Assembly: GCA_963734535.1 (NCBI GenBank)
Contig: CAVTHS010000004.1
Span: forward strand, 150,820-214,819
Direction of reading: 5' to 3'
DNA: 64,000 nt
DNA from: an uncultured Chloroflexia bacterium
GTDB lineage: Bacteria > Chloroflexota > Limnocylindria > Limnocylindrales > CSP1-4
In this document: positions 52,287 through 62,760 of the stretch, one piece after another
Position numbering within the stretch: the first letter of the stretch is position 1
Layout of the letters: each line of letters opens with the position of its first letter
Translations under genes and position numbers: made by a program
The notes under the pieces: model-generated
What the model was told of the DNA's origin: nothing
The model's database searches: none
What the model saw: the letters and a program-made list of their open reading frames with translations, nothing else

Positions 52287-53951
52287 ATGGACCGCCTCGT
52301 CCCACGGTCGTTCCGGGCGCGCCTGACCCTGACCGTCGTGGCGCTGGTGGCGGCCGTCCTGCTGGTGGTGTCGGCCATCGTCGTCAACCGGCTCGACGCG
52401 TACTTCGCGGAGCAGGAGGAGGGCGCGCTCACGGCACGGGCCCTCGAGGTCGGGAGCATCGTCGCCGTCGTCGCAGTTCCGGCCTCGGGGGTGGACCCGG
52501 TGGTCGAGGCCGGCAACACCCTCAACGCGACGGTCGCCGATCGGGTCGGCGCCGCATCGTTCCTGAGCTTCCTCGCGAACGCGGTCGCGAAGGCGGACGT
52601 CACGGTCGAGATCGGCGGGGCGAGCCGGACGTCATCCGGAACGGTGATCGTGACGGCGGCACCCGGCGGGACGACCAGGGCGGCCCTCACGGCGCCGCCG
52701 GAGGTGCGCGAGAGCCGCGAGACGATTCGGGCATCGGCGGTCTTCGGACCGATCCAGAGCAGCGAGCTGTCGGTCCCGTGGGGCGTCAAGGTGACGCTCT
52801 CGAACCCGTACACGACGCGTGCATACACCCTGGCCACGGTCACCACGCTCCTCGCGGTCACGGTGCTGGGCGCCCTCCTGGCCGCGCTCGTGCTGGGAGC
52901 CGTGATCGCCGGCCGCTTCACCCGCCCGCTGCGCAGGCTCAGCGAGGCGACGCACCGCTTCGGCGGCGGGGATCTCGCGAACCGCGTCCCGGCGGCCGAC
53001 ATCGGCACGGCGTACACCGAGGTGACCGACCTCGCCCGACAGTTCAACCTGATGGCCGGAAGGCTCGAGGAATCGGTTGGCCTTGTCCGGCGCGACCGGG
53101 ATCGGAGCCGCGAGTTCCTCGCCGACGTGAGCCACGAGCTGCGGACCCCGATCGCCGCGCTCCGGATGAACACGGAGCTCCTCCAGGGGCAGGCCGGGGA
53201 TGATTCCGCGACGCGGCGGGAGTTCCTCGAGTCCAGCCGCGTCCAGCTGGAGCGCCTCGACTGGCTGGCCCAGAACCTGCTCGACCTCTCGAAGCTCGAA
53301 TCGGGGCTGCTCGCCCTGGACCTTCGCCCGGACGACCTCCGGACCACCGTGGAGTCGGCGGTCGAGCAGGCCGAGGCCGCGGCTCGCAGGCGCGAGGTTG
53401 AGCTGACCCTGGAGCTTCCGGACGCTCCACTGCGGATCCGCCACGACCCGCAGCGAATTGGCCAGGTGGTCGGGAACCTGGTCGGCAATGCCCTCAAGTT
53501 CACGCCGCGCGGTGGCCGCGTCGTGGTCGCCCTGCGACCGCACCGGGACGGCGCCCAGCTCGAGGTCGCGGACACGGGTGTCGGGATCGATGCCGCCGAG
53601 CTGCCCCACATCTTCGAGCGCTTCTACCGGGGTTCGAGCGCGAACGAGGCGCGCGGAAGCGGAAGCGGCCTGGGCCTCGCGATCGTGAAATCGATCGTGG
53701 ACATGCATGCGGGCCGGATCAACGTGGAGAGCCGCGTGGGACATGGGTCGACGTTCAGCGTGACCCTGGTCCGCGATCCGCGGGCGGTCTCGTCCAGTCC
53801 CGTCAGCGCCGAACCTGGCGGCACGGCGGCCCCCGGCGGCGCGTCCGCTGCCAGCGGCGCGGGGACCGCCGGGGACGCCGCTGGTGCCGCGGAGCACGCG
53901 GCCCCACCCTCGGGCGCTGCGGGGAGCGGCGAGGTGGCGATTTCTTCATAG
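52287..53951 (+). CDS. Sensor histidine kinase (HAMP-HisKA-HATPase)
   Basis: Two TM helices; SHELRTP, NALKFT, DTGVGI, GLGLAIV. Confidence 0.95.
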   Translation: MDRLVPRSFRARLTLTVVALVAAVLLVVSAIVVNRLDAYFAEQEEGALTARALEVGSIVAVVAVPASGVDPVVEAGNTLNATVADRVGAASFLSFLANAVAKADVTVEIGGASRTSSGTVIVTAAPGGTTRAALTAPPEVRESRETIRASAVFGPIQSSELSVPWGVKVTLSNPYTTRAYTLATVTTLLAVTVLGALLAALVLGAVIAGRFTRPLRRLSEATHRFGGGDLANRVPAADIGTAYTEVTDLARQFNLMAGRLEESVGLVRRDRDRSREFLADVSHELRTPIAALRMNTELLQGQAGDDSATRREFLESSRVQLERLDWLAQNLLDLSKLESGLLALDLRPDDLRTTVESAVEQAEAAARRREVELTLELPDAPLRIRHDPQRIGQVVGNLVGNALKFTPRGGRVVVALRPHRDGAQLEVADTGVGIDAAELPHIFERFYRGSSANEARGSGSGLGLAIVKSIVDMHAGRINVESRVGHGSTFSVTLVRDPRAVSSSPVSAEPGGTAAPGGASAASGAGTAGDAAGAAEHAAPPSGAAGSGEVAISS

Positions 53952-54042
53952 ACGCCGCACTTGCGCCTGAACGCGCTGCTGCCACCATGACGGGAACGCC
54001 CCGGCCATGGCCCGCCGCCACGCACCCTGGAGTCACGCACGC

Positions 54043-55449
54043 ATGAGCGACCCCTTCGACCCGGCCCCCGACACGATCAGGATCCCCTCGGCGCCCGACC
54101 AGCTGGACGACACCACGCCGCCCACGCCGCAGGTCAGCTATGCGCCGGTGGCGGATCGCCGGCCGGCGTGGGCCGCGACCGAGGTCGACGCTGAGCAGGC
54201 ACCGCGGCCGACCCCCGAGCGGTGGTTCGAGCCGGCCCACGCGGAGGCGGTGACCGGCGGCTGGATCCCCGCGAACCCGGCGCCCGCGCCGGGCGGCGGG
54301 GGTCGCGGGCGTGGCGGGTTGGTGGGGGTCGTCGTGGCCGCGTCACTGGTCTCCGCGACGCTCGCCTCGATGGGGACCTACGGCCTGCTCCGCGCATCCG
54401 GCTCCCTCGACAAGCCGACCCCGGCCCCGGCCGCCGTCCAGGGGCAGACCGTCACGACCTCGCAACCGGTCGTGATCGACGAGCAGTCGGCCATCACGAC
54501 GGCCGCGGCGAAGGTCTCGCCGGCGATCGTGACAATCACCTCGTCAGGCGCCGCGCCGAATCCGAACGACCCCTTCGGCCAGATCCCGTCGACGGGCGTG
54601 GGATCGGGCGTGATCTTCAACGCGAACGGCTGGATCATCACCAACAAGCACGTCGTGTCAGGCAGCAGCCAGCTGAAGGTCGCCCTCCAGGACGGGCGCC
54701 AGTTCAACGGCACGATCTACGGGATCGACACGCTCACGGACCTCGCCATCGTGAAGGTGGACGCCACCGGCCTGCCGACCGCGCCGATCGGGAACTCGTC
54801 GGCCGCGAAGGTTGGACAGCTGGCGATCGCGATCGGCAGTCCGCTGGGCACCTACACCAACTCGGTCACGTCGGGGATCATCTCCGCCTTCGGTCGCACG
54901 ATCCAGGTGGAGGACGGCACACAGCTCCGGAACCTGATCCAGACCGACGCCGCGATCAATCCCGGCAACTCGGGCGGCGCGCTCCTCGACGCCGGGGCAA
55001 ACGTGGTGGGGATCAACTCGGCCGTCGCCCGCACCGCCGAGGGAATCGGCTTCGCCATCCCGATCAACATCGCCAAGCCGATCATGGAGCAGGCGCTCGC
55101 CGGGCAGAAGCTGGCGCGCCCGTGGATCGGGATCCGATACCAGGCTCTGACCCAGCAGATCGCGGACCAGGAGAAGCTCAGCGTGAGCGAGGGGGCCTGG
55201 CTCCAGCCGGCCTCCTCGAGCGGCGCGACCGACCCGGCGATCGTTCCCGGAAGCCCCGCTGCCAAGGCCGGGCTCAAGGATGGGGACATCATCACCTCGG
55301 TCGACGGCACGAAGATCACCGCCCTCTCCCCCCTCGACGACATCCTCACGGAGTACGTGCCCGGCACCACCGTCGCGCTCGACGTCCTCCGGGATGGCTC
55401 GTCGATCACCCTGGCCCTGACCCTGGGAACCCGGCCCGCCAACCTCTGA
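54043..55449 (+). CDS. htrA: HtrA/DegP serine protease with PDZ domain
   Basis: TM anchor; TNKHV, DLAIVK, QTDAAINPGNSGG, SPAAKAGLK.GD. Confidence 0.93.
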   Translation: MSDPFDPAPDTIRIPSAPDQLDDTTPPTPQVSYAPVADRRPAWAATEVDAEQAPRPTPERWFEPAHAEAVTGGWIPANPAPAPGGGGRGRGGLVGVVVAASLVSATLASMGTYGLLRASGSLDKPTPAPAAVQGQTVTTSQPVVIDEQSAITTAAAKVSPAIVTITSSGAAPNPNDPFGQIPSTGVGSGVIFNANGWIITNKHVVSGSSQLKVALQDGRQFNGTIYGIDTLTDLAIVKVDATGLPTAPIGNSSAAKVGQLAIAIGSPLGTYTNSVTSGIISAFGRTIQVEDGTQLRNLIQTDAAINPGNSGGALLDAGANVVGINSAVARTAEGIGFAIPINIAKPIMEQALAGQKLARPWIGIRYQALTQQIADQEKLSVSEGAWLQPASSSGATDPAIVPGSPAAKAGLKDGDIITSVDGTKITALSPLDDILTEYVPGTTVALDVLRDGSSITLALTLGTRPANL

Positions 55450-55457
55450 ACGGGCGC

Positions 55458-55832
55458 TCAGGCCCGGTCGCGCTCGCGCCGGATCTCCACCCCGGCCCAG
55501 GCGAAGTCCCCGGGAAGCGGTGCGCGCGGCTTGCGCACGCGCACCGTCACGGCCCCCGCCGCCGGGTGGCCCGCGAGCACATCGGACGCGATCCGCTCGG
55601 CGAGCGTCTCGATGAGGGCGACATGCGGTCCGTGCTCGACGACCGCCCGTGCCCGTCGGAAGACGTCGCCGTAGTCGATGGTCCGGGCAAGGTCGTCGGT
55701 CGTCCCCGCCGCCGCGAGGTCCACCTCGAGCACCACGTCCACCTCGAACGGCTGGGCTTCGAGGGCCTCCTCCGGGAGCACCCCGTGCCGGGCCTCGAAG
55801 CGCATCCCGCGCAGCTCGATCCGGTCGGTCAC
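55458..55832 (-). CDS. folB: Dihydroneopterin aldolase
   Basis: DRIELRGMRF..HGV..EE, DDL..TIDY, LIETLAE, VRKP.AP. Confidence 0.95.
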   Translation of the reverse strand: MTDRIELRGMRFEARHGVLPEEALEAQPFEVDVVLEVDLAAAGTTDDLARTIDYGDVFRRARAVVEHGPHVALIETLAERIASDVLAGHPAAGAVTVRVRKPRAPLPGDFAWAGVEIRRERDRA

Positions 55833-56863
55833 GGGCCGCCCTCCGGGTCCTCATCCGTGCCGCGCACGACGGCGTCCGCCATCCGGGCGGCACGCACGTT
55901 CGGCCTGATGTCATGCACGCGCACGATGTCCACGCCGGCAGCGACGCCGAGAACCGTCGTCGCGAGGGTCGCCTCGACGCGCTCATCGGCGGGCAGGTCG
56001 AGCACCTTGCCGAGCGTTGACTTCCGGGAGGTTCCAAGCAGAATGGGCCGGCCCAGGAGGCGCAAGGTCGCGAGGTTCCGAAGCAGCGCCAGGTTGTGGT
56101 GTGGCGCCTTGCCGAAGCCGAATCCCGGGTCGACGATGAGGCGCTCCCAGGCGACCCCCGCGGCGAGCGCACGCTCCAGGGCGCGCTGGAGATCCGCGAG
56201 GACCTCGGGGACGAGGTTCCAGTAGCGCGCCTCTGCCCGGTTGTGCATCACGACGAGCGGGACGCCGTGGTGGGCCGCGACGCGGGCGAGACCGCCGTCC
56301 GGCGCGGTTCCCCAGACGTCGTTGAGCAGGTGGGCACCCGCCTCGATGGCAGCATCCGCGACGGCCGGCTTCATCGTGTCGACCGAGATCGGGACCTCCG
56401 GCAGCGTCTCCCGCAGCGCGCGGACCACCGGCACCACGCGGGCGATCTCGTTCGCCACGCTGACGCGATCGTGGCCCGGCCGGGAGGATTCGCCCCCGAC
56501 GTCCAGCAGGTCCGCGCCGTCCGCGACCATGGCCGTGGCCAGTGCGACAGTGGCGCGCACGGCGTCGCCGCCGTCGGTGATCAGGCCGTCACCGGAGAAG
56601 GAGTCCGGCGTGACGTTGAGGATCCCCATCACGTAGGTCCGGCTGCCCCAGGCGAACGTCCGGGGCCCGATCGCGAGCGGCGCTGGGCGGCCGGGAAGCC
56701 CGCGGGAGGCACCTGGGGGGGTCGCGAAGGACGGGGTCGCCGCGCCGCCGCCACGGCCCGGGTCCGGCGGAACCACCCCGCGATCACGGGACAGCTCTCG
56801 CCCGCCGCCGACGACGCCCGCCGAAGCGAGTGGCGGATCGACCGGATGTGGGCGGCGTGGCAT
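55829..56863 (-). CDS. folP: Dihydropteroate synthase
   Basis: MGILNVTPDSFS, GGESSRPG, VDPGFGFGK, GTSRKS, RVHD; start uncertain. Confidence 0.95.
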   Translation of the reverse strand: MPRRPHPVDPPLASAGVVGGGRELSRDRGVVPPDPGRGGGAATPSFATPPGASRGLPGRPAPLAIGPRTFAWGSRTYVMGILNVTPDSFSGDGLITDGGDAVRATVALATAMVADGADLLDVGGESSRPGHDRVSVANEIARVVPVVRALRETLPEVPISVDTMKPAVADAAIEAGAHLLNDVWGTAPDGGLARVAAHHGVPLVVMHNRAEARYWNLVPEVLADLQRALERALAAGVAWERLIVDPGFGFGKAPHHNLALLRNLATLRLLGRPILLGTSRKSTLGKVLDLPADERVEATLATTVLGVAAGVDIVRVHDIRPNVRAARMADAVVRGTDEDPEGGP

Positions 56864-56875
56864 CGCGACGTGATC

Positions 56876-58384
56876 CTACGCCGGGCCTGGGGCACCCGGG
56901 TCGCGGAGCTCGGGGTCGTCAACGAGCCGCGCGCGTGCGGCGCCGACCAGGTAGAGAGATCCCGCAACGACCACGGGCCCCTCGGCGGTGGTCACGGCCC
57001 GTTCCAGCGCAGCGACCGGGTCCGCGGCGAATCCGACAACCGACGCCGGGAAGGCCGCGAGCCAGCGCGCGGCGAGCGCCTCGGGCGGCAGCGCACGCCC
57101 GCCCGGGACGGCAGTCGCGATCACCCGGGCACCGGCGAGCGACCTCGATGTTCCCAGCGCCGCGATCAGCCCGTCAACGTCCTTGTCGGCCATCGTCCCG
57201 ATCACGAGCGTGACCGGGGCCGCGGATCGCCCGGCGTCGGACGACCCGGGCCCGGCGGACGGGGGCGGAGCGGCCGGGCCGGCCGGAGCGGTGGCGGGCG
57301 CTCCCGACGAGGGCGACGCCGCGGTCCATCTCGCGGCCGAGCCCCCGAAGCCGCGCAGCTCGGGCCGCAGCTCGTCGAGCGCGGCGGCGAGCGCGCGGGC
57401 ACCGGCCGGGTTGTGGGCCCCGTCAAGGAGGACCTCCGCGCCGGCACCGCGCGGTCCGGCGCCCGGGAGGTCGATCAGCTCGAGGCGGCCCGGCCATCTC
57501 GCAGCGGCATAGCCCGCCCGACGTGCATCGGGACCGACGTGCGCGATCCCTGCCAGACCCAGCGCGTCGAGGACCGCGTCGGCGACCGCGGCGTTCGCGG
57601 CCTGGTGCCGCCCGAGCAGTCCCAGGCGGACCGCGCCGAGCCCCGGCAGCTCCACGACCAGGCCGCGCCGGTCGAACGCGAGCACGGGGACGGGTCTCAC
57701 CTCGAGGAGCGCGACGCCCACACGCCGCGCTCGACGCCGAAGCGGCCCGAGAGCGGGACCCGTCGCTCCCGTCATCGCGAGATCGCCGCGCATGACGATC
57801 GCGGCCTTCTCCCGTGCGATCAGCTCGACGGTCGGTCCCAGGTGTTCGGTGTGGTCGAGGTCCACGTTCGTGATCGCGGCGACCCCGCCGTCCCACGCGT
57901 GGGTCGCATCGAGCCGGCCGCCGAGGCCGACCTCGACCACGGCAAGGTCGACCCGTTCGTCGGCGAAGTGGCGGAACGCGAGCGCGGTGAGCAGCTCGAA
58001 CTCCGTGGGCGGACCATGCCGCCGGGCGACGCGGTCGGCGACCGGCAGGCCCGCCCGGACCAGGCTCGTGAAGTCGTCCGGCGCGACGGGGTGCCCCGCG
58101 ATCCGGATCCGTTCCCGGTAGCTGACCAGGTGCGGCTTCGGCGTCTCGCCGGCGCGATACCCGGCGGCCGCGAGGCACGCACCGACGAGCGCGACCACGC
58201 TCCCCTTGCCGTTGGTGCCGCCGATGAGCGCGCCGCGGAGGCCCTCCTCCGGGTGACCCAGGGCGGCCAGCAGTGCCCGGGTGCGTGCGAGGCCCAGGCG
58301 GATCCCGAACCGCCCGCGTGCCTCCAGCGCGGCGACCGACTCGGCGAAGGTGTCCGGGAGGTGGCCGCCCTCCACCCCGGTCAC
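56876..58384 (-). CDS. folC: Folylpolyglutamate synthase / dihydrofolate synthase
   Basis: GTNGKGS, PHLVSYRERI, EVGLGGRLDAT, WPGRLE, LDGAHN, GSLYLVG. Confidence 0.95.
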   Translation of the reverse strand: MTGVEGGHLPDTFAESVAALEARGRFGIRLGLARTRALLAALGHPEEGLRGALIGGTNGKGSVVALVGACLAAAGYRAGETPKPHLVSYRERIRIAGHPVAPDDFTSLVRAGLPVADRVARRHGPPTEFELLTALAFRHFADERVDLAVVEVGLGGRLDATHAWDGGVAAITNVDLDHTEHLGPTVELIAREKAAIVMRGDLAMTGATGPALGPLRRRARRVGVALLEVRPVPVLAFDRRGLVVELPGLGAVRLGLLGRHQAANAAVADAVLDALGLAGIAHVGPDARRAGYAAARWPGRLELIDLPGAGPRGAGAEVLLDGAHNPAGARALAAALDELRPELRGFGGSAARWTAASPSSGAPATAPAGPAAPPPSAGPGSSDAGRSAAPVTLVIGTMADKDVDGLIAALGTSRSLAGARVIATAVPGGRALPPEALAARWLAAFPASVVGFAADPVAALERAVTTAEGPVVVAGSLYLVGAARARLVDDPELRDPGAPGPA

Positions 58385-58941
58385 AGCTCCAGGTCGTCCT
58401 CGTAGAAGACGCACTGGTTGAAGCGGGAGCCGAGGCACACGTCGTTGACGTACCCCTCCTCCATGTGGACGCCGCCTCGCAGCTGGCAACGCGAGACGGT
58501 GTGGTCCTGCCGGACCAGCGCCTTGAGGAGATGTGGCGCCTGGATCGGCACGGAGCCGCGGATGCCCGTCATGTAGAAATGGGGGCACACGTTGCGCCGG
58601 ATGCTCGGGAGCCCGAAACCCGTGCGTGCCGCGCCAAAGCCTGTGCGGCGGTTCGGATGCGCGAGCGGCGCGTGCGAGACCGTCTCGGCTTCCCGCGTGC
58701 CGGTGGCGACCGCGGTGGGGCGGCCCGGCATCGGCGGCCGACCCGGCATCGGCGGCCGGCCCTGTGAGATCGACCGGGAGGCCGGGTAGGGGGCACGCAT
58801 CCCGGCCGCGCCATCCCGCCCTGGGATCGGGTTCCGGATCACCGGGCCGAGTCGGATGGATTGCCCACCGGCATCCGGGCGCGACTCGCGCGGCAGGCGT
58901 CCAGCGTCGATCCCATCAGGCACCGGACCGGACACTCCCAC
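58381..58941 (-). CDS. Hypothetical protein with a four-Cys C-terminal domain, coupled to folC; start uncertain
   Basis: VCPHFY..SRCQL..DVCLGSRFNQCVFYE; TGA overlaps the folC GTG. Confidence 0.7.
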   Translation of the reverse strand: MGVSGPVPDGIDAGRLPRESRPDAGGQSIRLGPVIRNPIPGRDGAAGMRAPYPASRSISQGRPPMPGRPPMPGRPTAVATGTREAETVSHAPLAHPNRRTGFGAARTGFGLPSIRRNVCPHFYMTGIRGSVPIQAPHLLKALVRQDHTVSRCQLRGGVHMEEGYVNDVCLGSRFNQCVFYEDDLEL

Positions 58942-59072
58942 ACGCGTTCATTGCGTGCCAGCGTACACCGGACCGCCCCGCACCGGCGCACCGTCGCGGC
59001 GCCCGCGGGCCCGGCCGCGGGCGCCGGCCCCGGCCCCGGCCGCGGGTCGTCGGCATGCGACAATTCCCCGCG

Positions 59073-60275
59073 ATGATGCCCCGCCGCGGACGGCCGAACC
59101 AGGTCCGGCCTCGACCGCCCTCCTCCGGCCGACCCCGGCCGGCTGCACCGGTGCCTCGTCGGCCGGCCGTCCCGCGCATCCCGCCGCCACGCACCCCCGA
59201 GGCGCCCCGCAGCCTGCCCCTGGCCGCGAGGGCCGCCCTTGCCGTCTCCGTCGTCGCGCTCGTGGCGGTGGTCCTGCTCACGGTCGCCGGGGCGCTCCCC
59301 GGGATCGTCTCGAAGGTCGGAGGCGCGGTCTCCGGGATCGCCGGGGCCGTGCTCCCCTCACCCTCGCCGACGCCGACGCTGGCCCCGGTTCCGGTCGCTC
59401 CCGTGCTCGACGCCCCGGCACAGACCGCCACGAACCAGCCCTCGGTCACCGTGACCGGGAGCGTTCCGGCGAGCATCGCCGGGCAACGCGCCGGCATCCG
59501 GATCCGCCTCCTCGTGTCGCTGCCGAAGAAGGAGCCGGTCCAGGTCCGCGAGATCGCGCTGGGCGAGACGCCCAACTTCGCGATCCCCGACGTTCCGCTC
59601 CAGCCGGGCCGCAACGACTTCTCGGCGATCGCGATCGGCCCGGCCGGCGAGAGCGAGGCATCTCCGATCGTGACGTACGTGCTGGACACGTCGAAGCCCA
59701 AGATCACCATCACCTCGCCGGCGAACGCGTCGACGGTCAACGGCACCTCCGTCACGATCGTTGGCACGACCCAGGGCCACTCGACGGTCACGGCGCGAAA
59801 CGCGGCGAATGGACGCACCGCGATCAGCGTCGCGGACAGCCCCGGGGGCTTCCAGGTGGTCCTCGGGCTCGCGGACGGGACGAACGCGATCTCGCTGACG
59901 GCAGTCGATCCTGCCGGCAATGCCGCAACGGCGGTCCTCTCGGTGCGCCGGGGGACCGGCGAGCTGAAGGTCGCCCTCAGCGCCTCGTCCTATCGGATCA
60001 GCGCCGCGAAGCTGCCCCGGATGCTGCAGCTTCGAGCGGTCGCCACGGATCCGGGCGGCATCAGCCTGCCCGGGCGCGACATCACGTTCACGCTCTCGAT
60101 CCCCGGCGTGCCCCTCATCACCGGCCAGGAGACGACCGACGCCTCAGGCGTCGCGCTCTTCCAGACCACGATCCCCGCCGGCGCCACGCCGGGCAGCGGA
60201 CCCGGTCTCGCCATCCTGACCACGCCCGAGTTCGGCGACGCGTCGGGTCGCGTCGTGATCACCATCATCCCCTAG
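59073..60275 (+). CDS. Membrane-anchored bacterial Ig-like domain protein
   Basis: Arg/Pro-rich N-terminus, TM helix; LDTSKPKITITSP, GTNAISLTAVDPAGN, TTDASGVA. Confidence 0.8.
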   Translation: MMPRRGRPNQVRPRPPSSGRPRPAAPVPRRPAVPRIPPPRTPEAPRSLPLAARAALAVSVVALVAVVLLTVAGALPGIVSKVGGAVSGIAGAVLPSPSPTPTLAPVPVAPVLDAPAQTATNQPSVTVTGSVPASIAGQRAGIRIRLLVSLPKKEPVQVREIALGETPNFAIPDVPLQPGRNDFSAIAIGPAGESEASPIVTYVLDTSKPKITITSPANASTVNGTSVTIVGTTQGHSTVTARNAANGRTAISVADSPGGFQVVLGLADGTNAISLTAVDPAGNAATAVLSVRRGTGELKVALSASSYRISAAKLPRMLQLRAVATDPGGISLPGRDITFTLSIPGVPLITGQETTDASGVALFQTTIPAGATPGSGPGLAILTTPEFGDASGRVVITIIP

Positions 60276-60308
60276 CGCGACGGGCGCCGGCGCAGCTACC
60301 ATCCGCAC

Positions 60309-60620
60309 ATGGCGAACTGGCGCTGCCCGCATTGCCGGACACCGCAGCCCGAGGCAGCCCGGTGCTGGGTCTGCCGTCGCTCCAGCACCAGCTGCGGTTC
60401 GTGCACGCACTTCCGGCGGGCGATCGCGGGCCCGCTCGGCGGCACCTGCGGCCTCGATTCGCGGCGTTCCGCGCTCCGCGGCGATGAGCTGCGGGGCTGC
60501 TGGCGACCGGTCCCGGGGGCTCCCGGACGATCCGAATCCGGGGCGCTGCTCCCGCTCGTCGATCCTGCCGGACCTCCGTTCCCGGCACCCGGCACGCTCT
60601 GGGGCAAGCCTGGCGCCTGA
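60309..60620 (+). CDS. Small Cys-rich (zinc-ribbon-like) protein
   Basis: CPHC, CWVC, CGSC plus two more Cys; leaderless TACCAT-6nt-ATG. Confidence 0.75.
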   Translation: MANWRCPHCRTPQPEAARCWVCRRSSTSCGSCTHFRRAIAGPLGGTCGLDSRRSALRGDELRGCWRPVPGAPGRSESGALLPLVDPAGPPFPAPGTLWGKPGA

Positions 60621-60665
60621 ACGCCCGTTCGGTCGGCGACCGGTCGCCGTGAGCCGGCGCCTCGG

Positions 60666-62710
60666 TCAGGGCGAGGGACTCGGTGCCGGGGGGGCCGTGC
60701 CGAGGACGATCGGCGACCCGGGCGGCACTCCCGTCCCGGGGTTCGGATTCTGGGAGGCCACCACGTCGGATTCGGCCGGGCTGCCGCCGCCCTCCCACTG
60801 GATGAGCAGCCCCTCGGCCGTCGCCTGGGCCTTGGCCTGCGCCACGGTCAGCCCGACGTACGTCCCGACGACGACGGAAACCGGCGTCGGCACGGGGGTC
60901 GGGACGGGTGTGGGCGCCACGCTGGGCTCGGGTGACGGCGACGGCGACGGGACCGCCGTCGGCGAAGGGGACGGCGACGCGCTCGGGCTCGGCTCAGGGG
61001 AGGGGGACGGCGACGCGCTCGGGCTCGGCTCAGGGCCCTTGGACACCACGTAGTCGAGCGGCGTGTCCACGGGCACGGTCAGCCCCGACGGCAGCCCCTG
61101 GCCGATGATGGAGCCGACCGCGATGGTCGGGTCGAAGTCGTCGGTGCGGGTTCCCAGGCGCAGCCTCGCGTCGGAGATGGCGCGGACCGCGTCACCTTCC
61201 GGCAGGCCGACGATCGAGGGAACCGCGACGAGGTCCTTGCCGCTCACGACGTCCACCGTGACGTCCGACCCCTTCGTGACGCTCGTGCCCGCGGGGGGAT
61301 CCTGCCCGACGATCGTGCCCTCCGCCGCGTCGTTGCGCTTGACGTAGTTCGGCTTGAGGTTGACCCCCAGGTCGTCGGCCTGCGTGTTCGCGTCGAGATA
61401 GGGCTGCCCGAGATACGAGGGCAGGGTCACGCTTCCCGGGCCGGGGGTCACGGCAGGACCGGAGCCGGCGGAGACGAGCCGGAAGAGGAGGAACCCGGCG
61501 ATCGCGAGGACCACCAGGCCGATGAGGCCGGCGACCCAGACCCAGGGGCTCGTGCCATCCTCGTCGTCGGGATCGATGGGCGGAGGCGTCCCGCCGCGTC
61601 GACCGGGATCGCCAGCGTCCGGCCCGACGCCGGCATAGGCGTTCGGATCGTATGGGGGTGGCACCCGCGAGGCGGGCGTGCGGGATGGGCCCGAGTACGG
61701 CGGACGCGGGCCGGCGCCCGGTCCCGTCGGCGCGGCCGGCGAGGCGGCGACCCGCGCCGCGGCACCTGGCACGCCGCCGGCGGCAGACGCCCCAACCGCG
61801 CCGGCCCCGGCCAGCCGGCGGCCGCACCCGCTGCCGCGGCGGCACCGGCGGCGACCTGCCCGGCGGGCCGCGCCCCGGCGATCCGGCCCTCCTCCAGGTA
61901 TGCCTCCAGCGCATCGGCCATGGCCCCCGCGCTCGCGAAGCGCGACGGCGCGTCTGGAGCGAGAGCCTTTCGATCGATCGCCTCGAGGGCCGGCGGGACG
62001 CTGGGCCGGACATCGGAGACGCGCGGCGGCTGCGCGGAGATCCGGGCCATGGCGACGGCGGCCGCGGAGTCGCCTTCCCAGGGCCGGCGACCGCTCAGCA
62101 GCTCGTACAGGACGATGCCAAGGCTGTAGACGTCCGAGGCGGCCGTCGCCGGCTCCCCGAGCGCCTGCTCCGGGCTGAAGTAGTGGACCGATCCGAGCGT
62201 CGTGCCCGGAAGCGTCAGGCCGGCGTCCGCCCAGGCGCGCGCAATTCCGAAGTCGGCCACTTTCACGCGCCCGTTGGCATTCAGCATGATGTTGCCGGGC
62301 TTCACATCGCGGTGGACGATCCCGCGGTCGTGTGCCGCATCGAGCGCTCGTGCGACCTCGGCAACCAGGCGGGCGGCCTGGCGCGGCGGGAGCGGGCCGT
62401 TGCGGCGGAGGAGCGAGGCGAGATCCTCGCCGTCGACCAGCTCCATCACGAGGTACGGGCCCTGGTCGTCGACGCCGAAGTCGTGGACCGCCACGATGCC
62501 GGGGTGGCTGAGCGCCGCAGCAGCGTGAGCCTCCTGGCGAAATCGCGCGACGAAGTCGGGGTCGCGCCCGAATTCCCGGTGGAGGACCTTGACGGCGACA
62601 TCGCGGCCGAGCTGGCTGTCGGTGGCGCGGTAGATCGTGGCCATGCCGCCCTGGCCCAGCAGCTCGACGAGGCGATACCGCCCACCGAGCACGTCGCCGA
62701 GACCAGCCAC
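60666..62710 (-). CDS. pknB: PASTA-domain Ser/Thr protein kinase; frameshift near 61790
   Basis: LGQGGMATIY, VAVK, HRDVKPGN, DFGIA, YFSPEQ; TM helix and three PASTA repeats in ORF 60666..61772. Confidence 0.9.
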
Positions 62711-62760
62711 GCTCTCTCCCTTTCGTCCGGTGTTGGGTCCGCGCCGCGCGGTTTCGAGGC

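Noticed and set aside
51536-55449. Response regulator-kinase-HtrA cluster as a novel system
   Set aside because: Well-known envelope-stress arrangement (MprAB-PepD / CssRS-HtrA type)
2885-62710. Frameshifts in at least 14 genes (aldolase, iclR, capA-like, cgs, methyltransferase, DUF4395, NUDIX, lipoprotein, ECF42, Prim-Pol, serine hydrolase, ligC, malic enzyme, pknB) as pseudogenes or programmed frameshifting
   Set aside because: Single-base indels scattered through otherwise intact genes, including housekeeping ones, with no in-frame stops or slippery sites noticed; best explained by long-read consensus errors (check by read polishing)
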